This document shows, one piece after another, positions 40,784 through 53,435 of a DNA stretch of 64,000 bases. This DNA comes from Eledone cirrhosa (taxonomy: Eukaryota), in the NCBI GenBank assembly GCA_964016885.1, contig OZ024746.1, positions 10,106,001 to 10,170,000 on the forward strand, written 5' to 3'. The number at the start of each line of letters is the position of its first letter. Position 1 is the first letter of the stretch. A program made the translations under genes and the position numbers. The notes below the pieces were generated by a model that was not told the DNA's origin, made no database searches, and saw only the letters and a list, made by a program, of their open reading frames with translations.

Positions 40784-40933
40784 CAAAGAGTCCTCCCAAA
40801 ATGTTCAGTTTTAAATGGTATCCATTTAAAAGATATTACAAATCTCTACTAACATAATTTTTGTCATTAATATCCTAATTATCATCTTCCCTTATTGTTT
40901 CTTGTTTCTAATTTTCATGTTTGTTATTTCCAG

Positions 40934-41083
40934 TTTTAAAACTCCTGAAGATGGCAAAAGGAATCCGTGCCTTGCTAGATACTGTGATGCAAGCCCTGCC
41001 ACAAGTTGGAAATCTTGGCCTATTATTTTTTTTACTATTTTTTATTTTTGCTGCTCTTGGAGTGGAGCTGTTTGGAAGATTAG
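40934..41083 (+). CDS. Cav3: Cav3 exon: end of IVS4, S4-S5 linker and IVS5 ([50 protein letters not shown])
   Basis: tttccag| acceptor, G|gtaaga donor, 150 nt, phase 1/1. [20 protein letters not shown] is highly conserved in Cav3. Confidence 0.97.
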
Positions 41084-41104
41084 GTAAGAATAACAGTGGT
41101 ACAC

Positions 41105-41580
41105 AACAGTAAGATATCACACATGTTGGCTGTCTATATAACAGTAAGATATCACACATGCTAGTTGACTATATGACAGTATAATATCACACATGTTGAC
41201 TCACTGACTATATCATAGTAAGATATCACACATGTTGACTGTCTATATAACAGTAAGATATCACACATGCTGGTTGACTATATCACAGTAAGATATCACA
41301 CATGCTAGTTGACTATATAAAAGCAAGATATCTCATATGTTGGTTGACTATATAACAGTCAGATATCATACATGTTGACTGTCTATATAACAGTATGATG
41401 TCACATGTTGACTGACTATATCATAGTAAGATATCACACATGTTGACTGACTATATAACAGTATGATATCACATGTTGACTGACTGTATCACAATAAGAT
41501 ATCACACATGCTGGTTGGCTATATAACAGTAATATATCATACGTGTTGACTGACTATATCACTATATGATATCACATATC
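41105..41580. repeat. Degenerate minisatellite of about 35 bp (CAGTAAGATATCACACATGTTGACTGTCTATATAA), about 13 copies
   Basis: Tandem units of 33-39 bp starting about 20 nt after the splice donor. Confidence 0.9.
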
Positions 41581-42084
41581 TGACAGGTTAGGTAACTAGA
41601 GAGATATGCCACCTGGTAAATCAGGTAACAAGCAGATATCTCATTGTCAACATTTTCTTCTTCTTCTTCTTCTTCTTCTTCTTCTTCTTCTTCTTCTTCT
41701 TCTTCTTCTTCTTCTTCTTCTTCTTCTTCTTCTTCTTCTTCTTCTTCTTCTTCTTCTTCTTCTTCTTCTTCACAAGGACAGAGTTCTCAAACACTCCTTC
41801 CAGTGGGTCCTTTCAGAAGCAACCATCTCCAACTGATCTGGCTGGATCCCTAAGCAAGACCAGTCAAGGTCATGAATGTTATCTTGCTCGAGGTTTACCT
41901 CTGGGTCAGCTGCTAGTTGGTTTTGCCTGTAAAATCTGTCCAGTGATTCCTTCCTGAGACTGTTTCATCATCTGATAGATTAAATAATTAATGAGATAAT
42001 CATGTTTGGCTGGTTGTTTGTTTGTTTTTTATTTTGTATTATAATTTTTTTTTTTTATATTTTCTATATTTTTATCTTTTACAG

Positions 42085-42206
42085 ATTGCTCAGAAGAACA
42101 TCCATGCGAAGGACTCGGGGATCATGCACATTTTAGGCATTTTGGAATGGCGTTTCTCACCTTATTCCAAATTGCAACAGGAGATAACTGGAATGGAATC
42201 ATGAAA
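42085..42206 (+). CDS. Cav3: Cav3 exon: domain IV turret and pore loop ([41 protein letters not shown])
   Basis: tttacag| acceptor, AAA|gtgagt donor, 122 nt, phase 1/0. TGDNW carries the domain IV Asp of the EEDD filter. Confidence 0.97.
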
Positions 42207-43908
42207 GTGAGTTAACCCTTTCATGACCTCTATTCTAATTACTTAATGAAGAATTTTGAGGAATTTACTAAAATTATTAATTATTTCATTACTAAGATAG
42301 TAACTTAATGTGAGGTTCTTATATAAAATTATGTTGGAAGATTTTAATATAAATTGGAAACCTTTGAAAATGGGTGGTTTTATTTCCTAGACCCAGAGCT
42401 GGTTTCAGTCAGATTGGTAACTAAAGGGTTAAAGAGGAATTATTTAAAAAAGGTTTTTGATAATTTTTTTCTGTGCATATATTTTGTATCTATACATGTA
42501 TGAATGTACATCTATATGTATATAAGTATGTATGTATTTATGAATGTATATAAGTATGTATGTATGAATGTATATAAGTATGTATGTATGTATGAATGTA
42601 TATAAGTATGTAGTCATGTATGTATGTATGAATATATGAATGTATATAGGTATGTATTTATATATGAATGTATATAAGTATTATGTATGAATGTATATAA
42701 GTATGTATGTATATAAGTGTGTATGTATGTAGTCATGTATGTATGAATATATGAATGTATATAGGTTTGTATATGTAACAATCTACTCATCCATCTTGTC
42801 TTGCTTACTTTATTTAACAGCAGGAAAATGTAACAAAATTTAATAAATGAATGAAAATATAATATCCCAACAAATTATAGTTTTTAAAAAATTCTGGTTG
42901 AGATCCAGCAGTGTTGCTATTTAATTAGAACTATCTAAGAAGATAAAGAAGAAAATATGCCATCAGTATGAACTAACAGCTATTTCCTATTTCTGCTTAT
43001 CCTCAGAAATCACTACATCTCAAATTCTTAATGAATTAGATGCAAAAATATATTTAAGTCTCTCAATTCCAATTCCAACCTACTGTATAATTATAATTAT
43101 CTATTAATTATCTTATAATTATCAGTTCTCTAATTTGAACAAGAATTTTCTCTGAAGTGGATTCTGTATTCCATGTAACACAGCTTACAGGCTCATGCAG
43201 TTTATACCATCCATGTTCTATATAATAGAAAGAAATAATTAAGACAGAAATATCCTGGCTGATTAATCAATACAACATCTGAAATATTACAGAAACTCTG
43301 AGAAATTTCATCCTCAGCTGTTGCTAGGGGTGTGGGATGTGAGAGGGAAGGCTGTGATCTTGTTTTATGTTTTTATACCCACAATATATAGCCATGATAA
43401 AAAGCACCCAGTCGTTAATGTAAAGTGGTAGTGCCAGAGTCATGATAAAATGTTTCCAGTACACACTTTAAAGTGGTTGGTTCAATTTTTGTGTCAAATG
43501 TCTGTCTTGCTCATACAGAACTGTTTCTAGCTTAGTTTCTATGGCTGGATGCCCTTCTTAATGCCAACCACATTTGCAGTATGGGTTGAGTGCTTTTTTG
43601 TCGAGATACCTACACAATTACTTTGCAGTGTGGGTGCATGTGTATCAAGATTAAACCAATATTAAACTAGTTAGACCATTCTTCAACAGAGTACTCGAAA
43701 CTTGGGATAGTAGAGTGTGTCTACAATAGAAAGAGTCGGGGGCCTGATGGCTGAGTTCAGTCTTTCTAATATATAAATAAATATATATATATATATGTGT
43801 GTGTTGTATACACTACACATACGCACAATATTAGATGCTGATTTCATCAAAAGTTCAAGTATTTTATTAAATGTTCAACTGAATAAACTGGAACATTTTC
43901 TTTTGTAG

Positions 43909-44064
43909 GATACCTTGAGGGAAGATTGTGATGCATCTGACGACTGCGAAAAGAACTGCTGTGTTAGCCCCATTATTGCTCCCGTTTACTTCGTCGTTTT
44001 TGTTTTGATGGCGCAGTTTGTCCTAGTCAATGTTGTCGTCGCAGTTCTCATGAAGCATCTCGAA
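43909..44064 (+). CDS. Cav3: Cav3 exon: IV P-S6 loop and IVS6 ([52 protein letters not shown])
   Basis: ttgtag| acceptor, GAA|gtaagt donor, 156 nt, phase 0/0. [18 protein letters not shown] is the Cav3 IVS6 signature. Confidence 0.97.
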
Positions 44065-44366
44065 GTAAGTCACATATATCTTTTAATATCACACACTCTT
44101 CTCTCCCTTCTCTGTCAGCTGATACACTTGGGATATTTTTTCATCTATATTTGTGTAATTCGCCTACAGGCATAACTTGTCTCTACCTGATTTATGTCCC
44201 AATATGCACTGGAGTGAATGGTATCAACCTTAATTTACTGAAACCGTAATAATTTCCAGAGGTTGACTAAGGAGATGGGACTGTCCATCTTTCCATTGTT
44301 TTTTCTTCCATTTTCTTCCATTGTCTTTGTCCTGTGCATACCCTATTTTGAGTATGTATATATATA

Positions 44367-44405
<39 letters not shown>

Positions 44406-44769
44406 CCTGTTGGCAATTGCTCTAACACTGTTTTCTTTCAGGTGTTATTTAAAGAACATGAATATCTATTATGTGTTCCTATGTGAACACTACAACACTT
44501 CAAAAGAATCTAATGTATTGATAAGCACCTTTATCATTAAATGTCATCTACAAATCATATACTAATATCAATTCATTCAAGTACTCTGCCCAGTATTTAT
44601 TGTGAAAGCACCTGAAGAGCTCACAGTGTGATGCTAACAAATAATTTCAAGAACTCTTTGGAAAGTATAAAGAATACCAATTGTTTCAGAGATTCTGTAA
44701 GAGAGGGGGAAAAGCACCATTATTTGGTTGTCAAATATATTTGTATATTCAGGTTGACCAAAAAAACAT

Positions 44770-44935
44770 TTCGAGCTGGATTATCTCATTGTTGTTTGCC
44801 GAGCAACAAAAGGGGCACACATTGAGTGTCTATGATATCAACCAATACTACATGAAACTCTGTTAGTTTATGCAACTATAACCACCAATATTATAAGTAT
44901 TTGAAATCAAGGAGTGTTTTTGCGGTCACCCTGTA
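44770..44935 (+). mobile_element. Tc1/mariner transposon right end
   Basis: Translates ELDYLIVVCRATKGAHIECL*, matching the ELDYRxDVCRATxGAHIE C-terminus of Tc1/mariner transposases. Ends in ...ggtcaccctgTA (reverse of TACAGGGTG TIR) at a (TA)n site. Confidence 0.75.
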
Positions 44936-44999
44936 TATATATATATATATATAATAAGTATAACTGAAGTTGCAACTGCAAGTAGCAGATTCACAATAA

Positions 45000-45043
<44 letters not shown>

Positions 45044-45045
<2 letters not shown>

Positions 45046-45271
45046 TAAAATAACAGATTAAAGTTTAAGCAAAGAATCGGTGCTTTCACCCTTAATGGGA
45101 TCTTCTGAAACACAGTTTCAGAAGATCCCATTAAGGGTGAAAGCAGTGATTCTTTGCTTAAACTTTAATCTGTTATTTTAATAAATATTTTCTCTACGGT
45201 TCTTATATATTTGATATATATTTATCCTTATCGAGCCCTCTTTGGATTTTAGTCTTCAAATTTATTATTAT

Positions 45272-45275
<4 letters not shown>
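45044..45275 (+). mobile_element. Foldback element family H1, copy 2, with hammerhead-like fold
   Basis: 68 bp arms at 45044-45111 and 45115-45182, 3 nt loop. Fold AGTTT-CAGAAGA-TCCC ATTAA GGGT-GAAA-GCAG..TTGC-TT-AAACT at 45114-45164. (TA)n flanks. Confidence 0.72.
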
Positions 45276-45319
<44 letters not shown>

Positions 45320-45453
45320 TGTTATAAATAGTGACCATTTATTTCAACATAAACAATCGCTATTAATATGAAATATCATATTGATTCTATAAACAGTGTC
45401 AGAGTCTTTTATCCAGAGCATGTTTAGTGTGTTTACTACAGAAGCCCACCAAA

Positions 45454-45557
<104 letters not shown>

Positions 45558-47702
45558 GTAAAAGGTGTTTGTTTGTAAAAGAAAAAATAACCACATCAAA
45601 GATTCATTAAATATTCAAATGATTTTAAATGAATAATTTGCACATATTTTCTTAATTTGCATAATTTATTTGATGCTATGATACACATTTAAAATTTTCC
45701 TTTTCTGCTTTTTCACATTGAGTCACATTGAATTCCTTTTTCCTCTATTGGCAACAATAGAGTGAGTGTAAGAAACATGATGAATGATTAAAGTGTGAAT
45801 ATCTTTACAACTGGAGAAGAATTGGCAGAATCTTTAAAGCATCAGATGAAATGCCTTGTGTTATTTATTCCAGCTCCTTGCATTCTGAGTTCAAATCTTA
45901 CTGAAATCAACTTTTCCTTTCATCCATCTGGGATCAATAAATACAGACTCAGTTTAAGGTGGTGTATTGATGAAATTGTTAGATTATTGGATAGGATGCC
46001 TTGCAGTATTTATAGGGTTCAAACTCCCATTGTAGCTTACATGAGTGGTAAATGTGATCCTTCCCCAAGTTTCATACTACCATTGGCTTTTGTGTGTCTT
46101 TAGCAGAGTCCACTCTATTATAAGTACTCAAAACAAGTTTCCAGTATGGGCTTCCCTCTTATTGGTCTCATAGTGACTAAGTGATAAAAAAAGAAAAAAC
46201 AGAAAGAGGTGAAAGTGGTCCATTAAATTATGAACATTAATTTACAAGAAAATGGCTTTCAGGGTAAAAAATAGCTGTCCATAAGAGATATCAGTCAATA
46301 TCCATAGAATATTAAGAAATATAACATGGATGACATATATGTATATAGTTTTCCAAGAGATGTTGACTGAATAGATCAGTTTTTTCTCAAGAAAATTTAT
46401 TTCGTTTCTACCACTGCCCAGTCTTCTCTTACTATTTCTTCTTTAATTTCTTATTCCATTTTCTGATGAAGGACTAGCATTAGAAACGTAAGGCACTTTT
46501 CCTACGATATCAAGCATAAAACTAAAATATATTTTTTCATTGTACTGTGTTGTTTGCTTTGTTATTTCTGTTCGCCTTTTGCATACTTGCATACACACGC
46601 GCACATCTGTATCTATATAGATATCTATATCTCTAAGAGAGAGACTAAGCACAAGAGGTTCCATCCACTGTGTCGATGACACAACAGTCCACACTGTAAG
46701 GTGGCCGTGTAGGAGACACGGTGAAAAGGCTCCCAGTCCACACTGTAAATGTGGTTGGTGTTAAGAAGGGCATCCAGCTGCAAAAATAACCTGCCAGAGA
46801 TGCTTCCGTGCAAGCGAGACATGGTCTCCTGACCATTCCCGCATCAAATGGAACAAAACCGTCTAACCCATGCTAGCATGGGAGATGGACGTTAAACGAT
46901 GATGATGTTGATGATATATAATATATCACATACATATGTAGCGATACGTAGCAACGATATCATTGATTCTTGGGTTCGTAGATCAAATGCTTTAAAAAGG
47001 CTGAGCAGCAAGAAATCTCAGCATGATACTAGAACATGAACTGACTAGCTTTATAGTCTCCTTAGCCATACTAATATATTTACTAAACAATCTTCAGTAA
47101 TCATGAATCAAAATGTTATTGTTTTATCATCAAATTAATGCCTCGTGCTGCTCAATCAAAGATACAACAAATAAAAATGAAGTGATCACATGTTCATAGA
47201 GTTTCAGACAAAGACAGAGTTTTGTATAGCTAACTGTATATGTAAGTCTAAAGCCTGTCTTAAGCCAGAAGGCTCATTTGGCTGGTGCTTATCCCGATTG
47301 CATAAAATGAAGCGACTGAGAGTACAAGACACTCTCCCTGGACAGGACACCAGTCCATCGCAGGGTTAAACCCCCAACTATTGCTGGTACTCATTTTCAG
47401 CTGAGTATACCGGAGCAACGTGGAATTGAGTTTTTTTTTTTCTCAAGAACACAACACGCAACCCAGGAATCAAACCCACAACATCATGATCATAAGTCTA
47501 AAATCCTTACCACTAGGCCATGTGTCTCCACCATCTTGCTACAATACTTTCTATACCTTTCATTTATATATATATTATATGTATATGTATGTATATATTA
47601 TATGTATATGTATGTATATATTATATGTCTATGTATATGTATGTATATATTATATGTATATGTATCTATATATATTATATGTATATGTATATATATATAT
47701 AT

Positions 47703-47733
<31 letters not shown>

Positions 47734-47747
47734 ATATAAATATATAT

Positions 47748-48360
47748 CATCATCATCATCATCATCGTTTAATGTCTATCTTCCATGCTAGCATGAGTTT
47801 AGACGGGAATTGTCCCACGTGAGGCAAGATTGGTTGTCTTGCTCGTATAGGACTGACTGGCAGGTTTTCTACGACTGGATGCCCTTCCTAACACCAACCA
47901 CGTTTACAGTGTGTACTGGGAGGTGTTTACCGTGTTACCTACATGACTACATTACAGCGTGGACTGTGTGTTTTTTGTTGTGACACCTACACGACCTCAT
48001 TTATTTATGACTGGATGTTGTGGTACCAACATACCTTTACAGAGAAAGTAGGGGTAGGTTTTGCTGACTGTAGGTTCAGCTTTGTACTTAGGCAAGGCGG
48101 GTCTTCTGTATTACTGCGTAGCGCCAAAGATCTCGGTAAGTGACATTGTCTTAAAGAGGTGCAAGTGTGTAAGGTCGGAATTTATCAAATCGTCCCAGGT
48201 TTTTCCGGGTCTGCCTACTCCATAACTTCCATCTATTTTGATCGTCCTGCACTTTTTTATACAGCTGTCATCTTTCATGTGCATCACGTGACCAAACCAA
48301 TGTAGTCTTCTCTCAAGTAAACAGCATCTGATCCCTCTTATTCCTAATTTCTCACTTAAG
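47748..48360 (-). mobile_element. 5'-truncated RTE-clade LINE: ORF2 C-terminus, 3'UTR and (GAT)n tail
   Basis: Minus strand translates LSEKLGIRGIRCCLLERRLHWFGHVMHMKDDSCIKKCRTIKIDGSYGVGRPGKTWDDLINSDL...RDLWRYAV, the RTE RRL.WFGHV...GRP.KTW...DR..WR signature. Confidence 0.9.
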
Positions 48361-48459
48361 GTAATATTTGAAGCTCTAGTTAAACTTAAATTAGTTACCT
48401 ACCTAGCTATGTGTGATTACACACTTTAAAAATTATCCCCTGTGATTGTTTCATGTGTT

Positions 48460-48989
48460 TATTTTAAATATATATATATGTCAATCAATTTATAGTTGAT
48501 ATTATATATATATATGAAAAAATATACATATGTATATATATATATTATATATATATATATATATACATATATGTATATATATACTTATATGTATATATAT
48601 ATATATACATATATAAATTAATAAAAACAATGAATAAAAACAAAGAAATAGTTCCTTATATTAAAAAATTCATCATTTTACGATCGTTTCTAGGATATAT
48701 ATGTGTGCGTTGGTATGTATATCATATAGATCTATGTAAACATTTTACAAACTATCAGAGGGAATATACATACCTACACATATATATGCTGTCTTCAGAA
48801 ATAATGATATTTGCTTATTGAAAAAAACCAACAAAGATTTAATATAATAGGTTGGTTTGGGAACAGGTTTTGAATTGACCAATAGAAGAGTAGTAAGTGG
48901 TCAAGTTGATAGTATAGTAGTAGTAGAAATTTAATTTAGGGGTAGAGGAATGCAGACTTCAGTTTTGAATGGAAAGAATACATATATAT

Positions 48990-49022
<33 letters not shown>

Positions 49023-49076
49023 TATATATATATGTATATGTATATATATATGTATATGTATATATATACATATATG

Positions 49077-49110
<34 letters not shown>

Positions 49111-49118
49111 CATATATG

Positions 49119-49153
<35 letters not shown>

Positions 49154-49707
49154 GTATATATATACATATATGTATATATATATATATATGTATATATATA
49201 TGTATATATATACATATATGTATATATATATATATGTATATATATACATATATGTATATATATATATGTGTATATATATATATATCATCATCATCATCAT
49301 CAACGTTTAACGTCCGTGTTCCACGCTTGCATGGGTTTGGACGGGGGTTTTCCCACTTGAGGCAAGAGTGATTGTCTTGCTCGCATAGGACTATCTGGCG
49401 GGTTTTCTACAGCTGGATGCCCTTCCTAACACCAACCACATTTACAGTGTGGGGCTGGGAGGTTTTTACCGTGTTGCCTACACGGCCACATTACAGCGTG
49501 GACTGTGTCTACACGATCTCATTTGTTTCGGCCTGGATGTTGTGGCACCAACATAACTGTATGTGTATATATATATATTTATGTATATATATATATTTAT
49601 GTATATATATACATATATGTATATATATATATTTATGTATATATATACATATATGTATATATATATATTTATGTATATATATATACATATATGTATATAT
49701 ATATATG

Positions 49708-49738
<31 letters not shown>

Positions 49739-49790
49739 ATACATGTATATATATATCTATATGTATGTATATATATATATTTATAGGCTT
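48460..49790. repeat. (TA)n/(TATG)n compound microsatellite tracts, interrupted by an RTE 3' end
   Basis: Direct inspection. Confidence 0.9.
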
Positions 49791-50168
49791 TCAAATAGGG
49801 ACAGAGTTTTTGTATAGTTAACTTTTCCTTTGATAAGATAGCAGACAGACCGACCATTCTCTGGTGATGTTGAACTTTAATTAATGATACTTCTTGAAAG
49901 AAGAAAAGGATAAACAAACATCATCATCATTGTCAATAGCAATGGCATCTTCACCATCATGGTCAGCAGCATCATCATCAACACCAGCATCATTTTTACA
50001 TTTTTTTTTTTTTTTCTGCCAAGCTTTTCTACTGCCAGATGCCCTTCCTGGTGCCTGGCAATTTACCACAGTGCTATCAGATATGTTTATCAGGGACATA
50101 AACAACTGCCACCAGAGGCTTATATGGTGTTGATATGATGTTCATAGCAACTGGCATACATACACACA

Positions 50169-50200
<32 letters not shown>

Positions 50201-50333
50201 CACACACACACTATATACACATATTTGCATGTATGTGTGTGTATATATATGCATTTATGTGTGTGTATATATATATATATGTATACAGTAATAATAAATA
50301 CAAAGATCAAAATCCGAAGAGGGCTCGATAAGG

Positions 50334-50405
<72 letters not shown>

Positions 50406-50407
50406 AT

Positions 50408-50597
50408 ATGTTTAATATAGAAAAGCTTCTACAGGACTAGAACTGTTTCATTCGTATGAAATCATCAGGAAGCTGATGATTTCTCATGAATGAAACAGTT
50501 CTAGTCCTGTAGAAGCTTTTCTATATTAAACATTCATACTCTGCTTTGTATTGAGTACCTTACTTACTATGGTTACCCCTGATTGAACCTGGGATAA

Positions 50598-50600
<3 letters not shown>
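50408..50600 (+). mobile_element. Foldback element family H2 with canonical hammerhead core
   Basis: Arms at 50408-50468 and 50473-50533. CTGATGA-TTTC TCAT GAAT-GAAAC-agttcta-GTC at 50473-50506. Related fragments at about 36292-36312 and 61963-61995(-). (TA)n flanks. Confidence 0.68.
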
Positions 50601-50673
<73 letters not shown>

Positions 50674-50697
50674 AGTATATATAAGCCCATAGAGTAA

Positions 50698-50834
50698 ATA
50701 TTTATTAATAATACAGATTAAAGTTTAAGCAAAGAATTTCTGCTTTCACCCTTTACAGGATCTTCTAAAGATCCCATATAGGGCGAAAGCAGAAATTCTT
50801 TGCTTAAACTTTACTCTGTACTAATAATAAATAT
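50698..50834 (+). mobile_element. Foldback element family H1, diverged copy 3
   Basis: Hairpin tacagattaaagtttaagcaaagaatttctgctttcaccc...gggcgaaagcagaaattctttgcttaaactttactctgta. Confidence 0.65.
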
Positions 50835-51149
50835 ATATTTCTTTTGTGGAGCAAGGGGTGCCTAGTCTTCATTAACACATCTCTCTAGTAGAAGGTCACT
50901 CTGATATAAAACCTACGATGTAGACCAGTTCTTCTTTGGGGGAAAATGCATTCAATGTTCAGAGAATGGGATTGGCCCCATGGAAAACTTTTTCTCACTT
51001 AAAAAAGCTCCAAGCACAGGCATCACTTGATATGTGGCATTTTTTGCGATGCAAGGTGTTAGGAAGGTGTTAGGAAGGACTGAAAAGCCACGTCTGTGAT
51101 GCCCATGCTTAAGTATCAAGCGATAGCATTACTAGAAATCGAGTTGCAG

Positions 51150-51476
51150 TCATCATCATTCCTCATCATATCATCATTTTATGTCCACTTTATGTCCACG
51201 GGAACTGATTGTGGCTTGATTTCTACAGCTGGATGCCCTTCCTAACACCAACCTCATTTACAGTGAGTGCTGGGTGCTTTTTTGCCGTGGCACCTCCACG
51301 GCCACTTTGCAGTGGAATGATTTGGACCCCAGTCCCTATCATCTCATTTCTACAGCTGAGTAAACTGGAGCAATGTGAAATAAAGTGTCTTGCTCAAGGA
51401 AACAACACATCACCCGGTCTGAGAATTGAACTCACAACCTTTCGATTGCAAGGCCAATGCTCTAACCACTAAGCCA

Positions 51477-51480
<4 letters not shown>
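51150..51480 (-). mobile_element. SINE family C, near full length, with RTE-derived tail
   Basis: Reverse complement of 54481-54822, with near-identical head. Confidence 0.88.
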
Positions 51481-51571
<91 letters not shown>

Positions 51572-52778
51572 ACATGTGTATGTATGTATACATGTATGTA
51601 TGTATACATGTATGTATGTACATATGATGTATATATGTATGTGTATGTATACATGTTTGTATGTATGTACATATGTATGTATATATATATGTATGTGTAT
51701 GTATGTATACATGTTTGTATGTATGTATGTACATATGTATGTATATATGTATGTGTATGTATGTATACATGTGTGTATGTACATATGTATGTATATATGT
51801 GTATATATTAAGAGTCAATAGCCATCCAAAATCACTGGGAGAGATGACCCCTTAGCCTTTGTCAAGGCAGAATTCTAGGAGAAGGAAAACTCTGATATAA
51901 CACCTGCAACCCTGATGGTATCCAATGATGTTGACTTGTTCTTCTTTTTGGTAAATATCATCTTGGTTAAGAGAGTGGGACTGGCTTTGTGCAGTGCCTT
52001 TGCTCACTATAAAAGCTTCACAGCACAGGCATTGCTTTATATCTGGAGATCTCTCTGCACTTGTCATCACATGGTACCATGGGCCCTGCACTATGTGTCA
52101 ATAATGGTCACAAGTGTAGTCTTTGTACCAGAGTTTTCAAGTCGCTGACTGGACTAAAAAGTCACATTCGTTCAGCGCATCGGTAGGGGTTCTCCTACAT
52201 GGATATAAAGTAGTGGCCGTACTCGAAAACGAGTTGGCAGCCACCATATATGTATGTGTATGTATGTATACATGTGTGTATGTACATATGTATGTATATA
52301 TGTGTATGTATGTATGTATAAATGTTTGTATGTATGTATGTACATATGTATGTATATATGTATGTGTATGTATGTATAAATGTTTGTATGTATGTATGTA
52401 CATATGTATGTATATATGTATGTGTATGTATGTATACATGTGTGTATGTATGTACATATGTATGTATATATGTGTATGTATGTATAAATGTTTGTATGTA
52501 TGTATGTACATATGTATGTATATATGTATGTATATATGTATGTGTATGTATGTATAAATGTTTGTATGTATGTATGTACATATGTATGTATATATGTATG
52601 TAGATACACATGTTTGTAATTCTGCGCAAATTTTAGCTTTTCCTTTGATCTTCTCAAATCTTTACCTAAATCTAAACAGAATCTGAAAGTTACTGTTTAC
52701 TCTGATATATATTTATATAGTGGCTCTATAAATGGAGGGAATTATATTTATATTCCCTCTTCTGTCTCTACCTTCCTA

Positions 52779-52850
<72 letters not shown>

Positions 52851-53164
52851 CGGGGAACATCTTCATTCATACCTATTTGTTTAACCCTTCCATTGCTATA
52901 TTAGTTTTAGTAAAATAAATGACATTGATTATCAAGTGGGTATATTGAATATAAATATAAATTCATAAATTATGGAAAATTCTTTACATGAAATTCTGAA
53001 CAGTTTGAAATAGTTTTATATGATAGAATCAGTGATAGTTTCAGGTAAGGTGGTATTTAATAGGATTAAATTTATTTTGATTATATCAGACCAAACTATA
53101 TAATATAATTTCTGTTATAACTGTGTGTTGTAACATGTAGTGGGGTAAATAAATATATACATAT

Positions 53165-53435
53165 ACACCAGGTCCAAACACAAAGGAACCAAACTCTTAC
53201 TGTTACTGCCTCCATTTCTCCCACTCTCCCCCATCTCTCACTATTATGAGCAAATGGGGACCCATACCCCCTGCAGACAGATTAGAGAATGTGTTTGCTT
53301 GGAGGATGGTGAGGAAAGTGTGCTGGAAGAGCAATTCCAGCTCATGAGGTTTTTACCTGTGGGTAACCAACTCTGTGCTGATGGTGGTGAGCAAGAATGT
53401 GGCCCTAGGGTCAAGGACACCAGAAGTCTCTACTG
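53165..53435 (-). mobile_element. CRE-like element 3' fragment
   Basis: Reverse complement of the family at 11735-11885 and 55990-56190. Confidence 0.65.

Noticed and set aside
46460-46500. CTGATGA...GAAAC hammerhead-like boxes (tail family shared with 36100-36210)
   Set aside because: Stem II and the UH/stem I pairings are not convincingly formed. Possibly a decayed PLE hammerhead, but not supportable.
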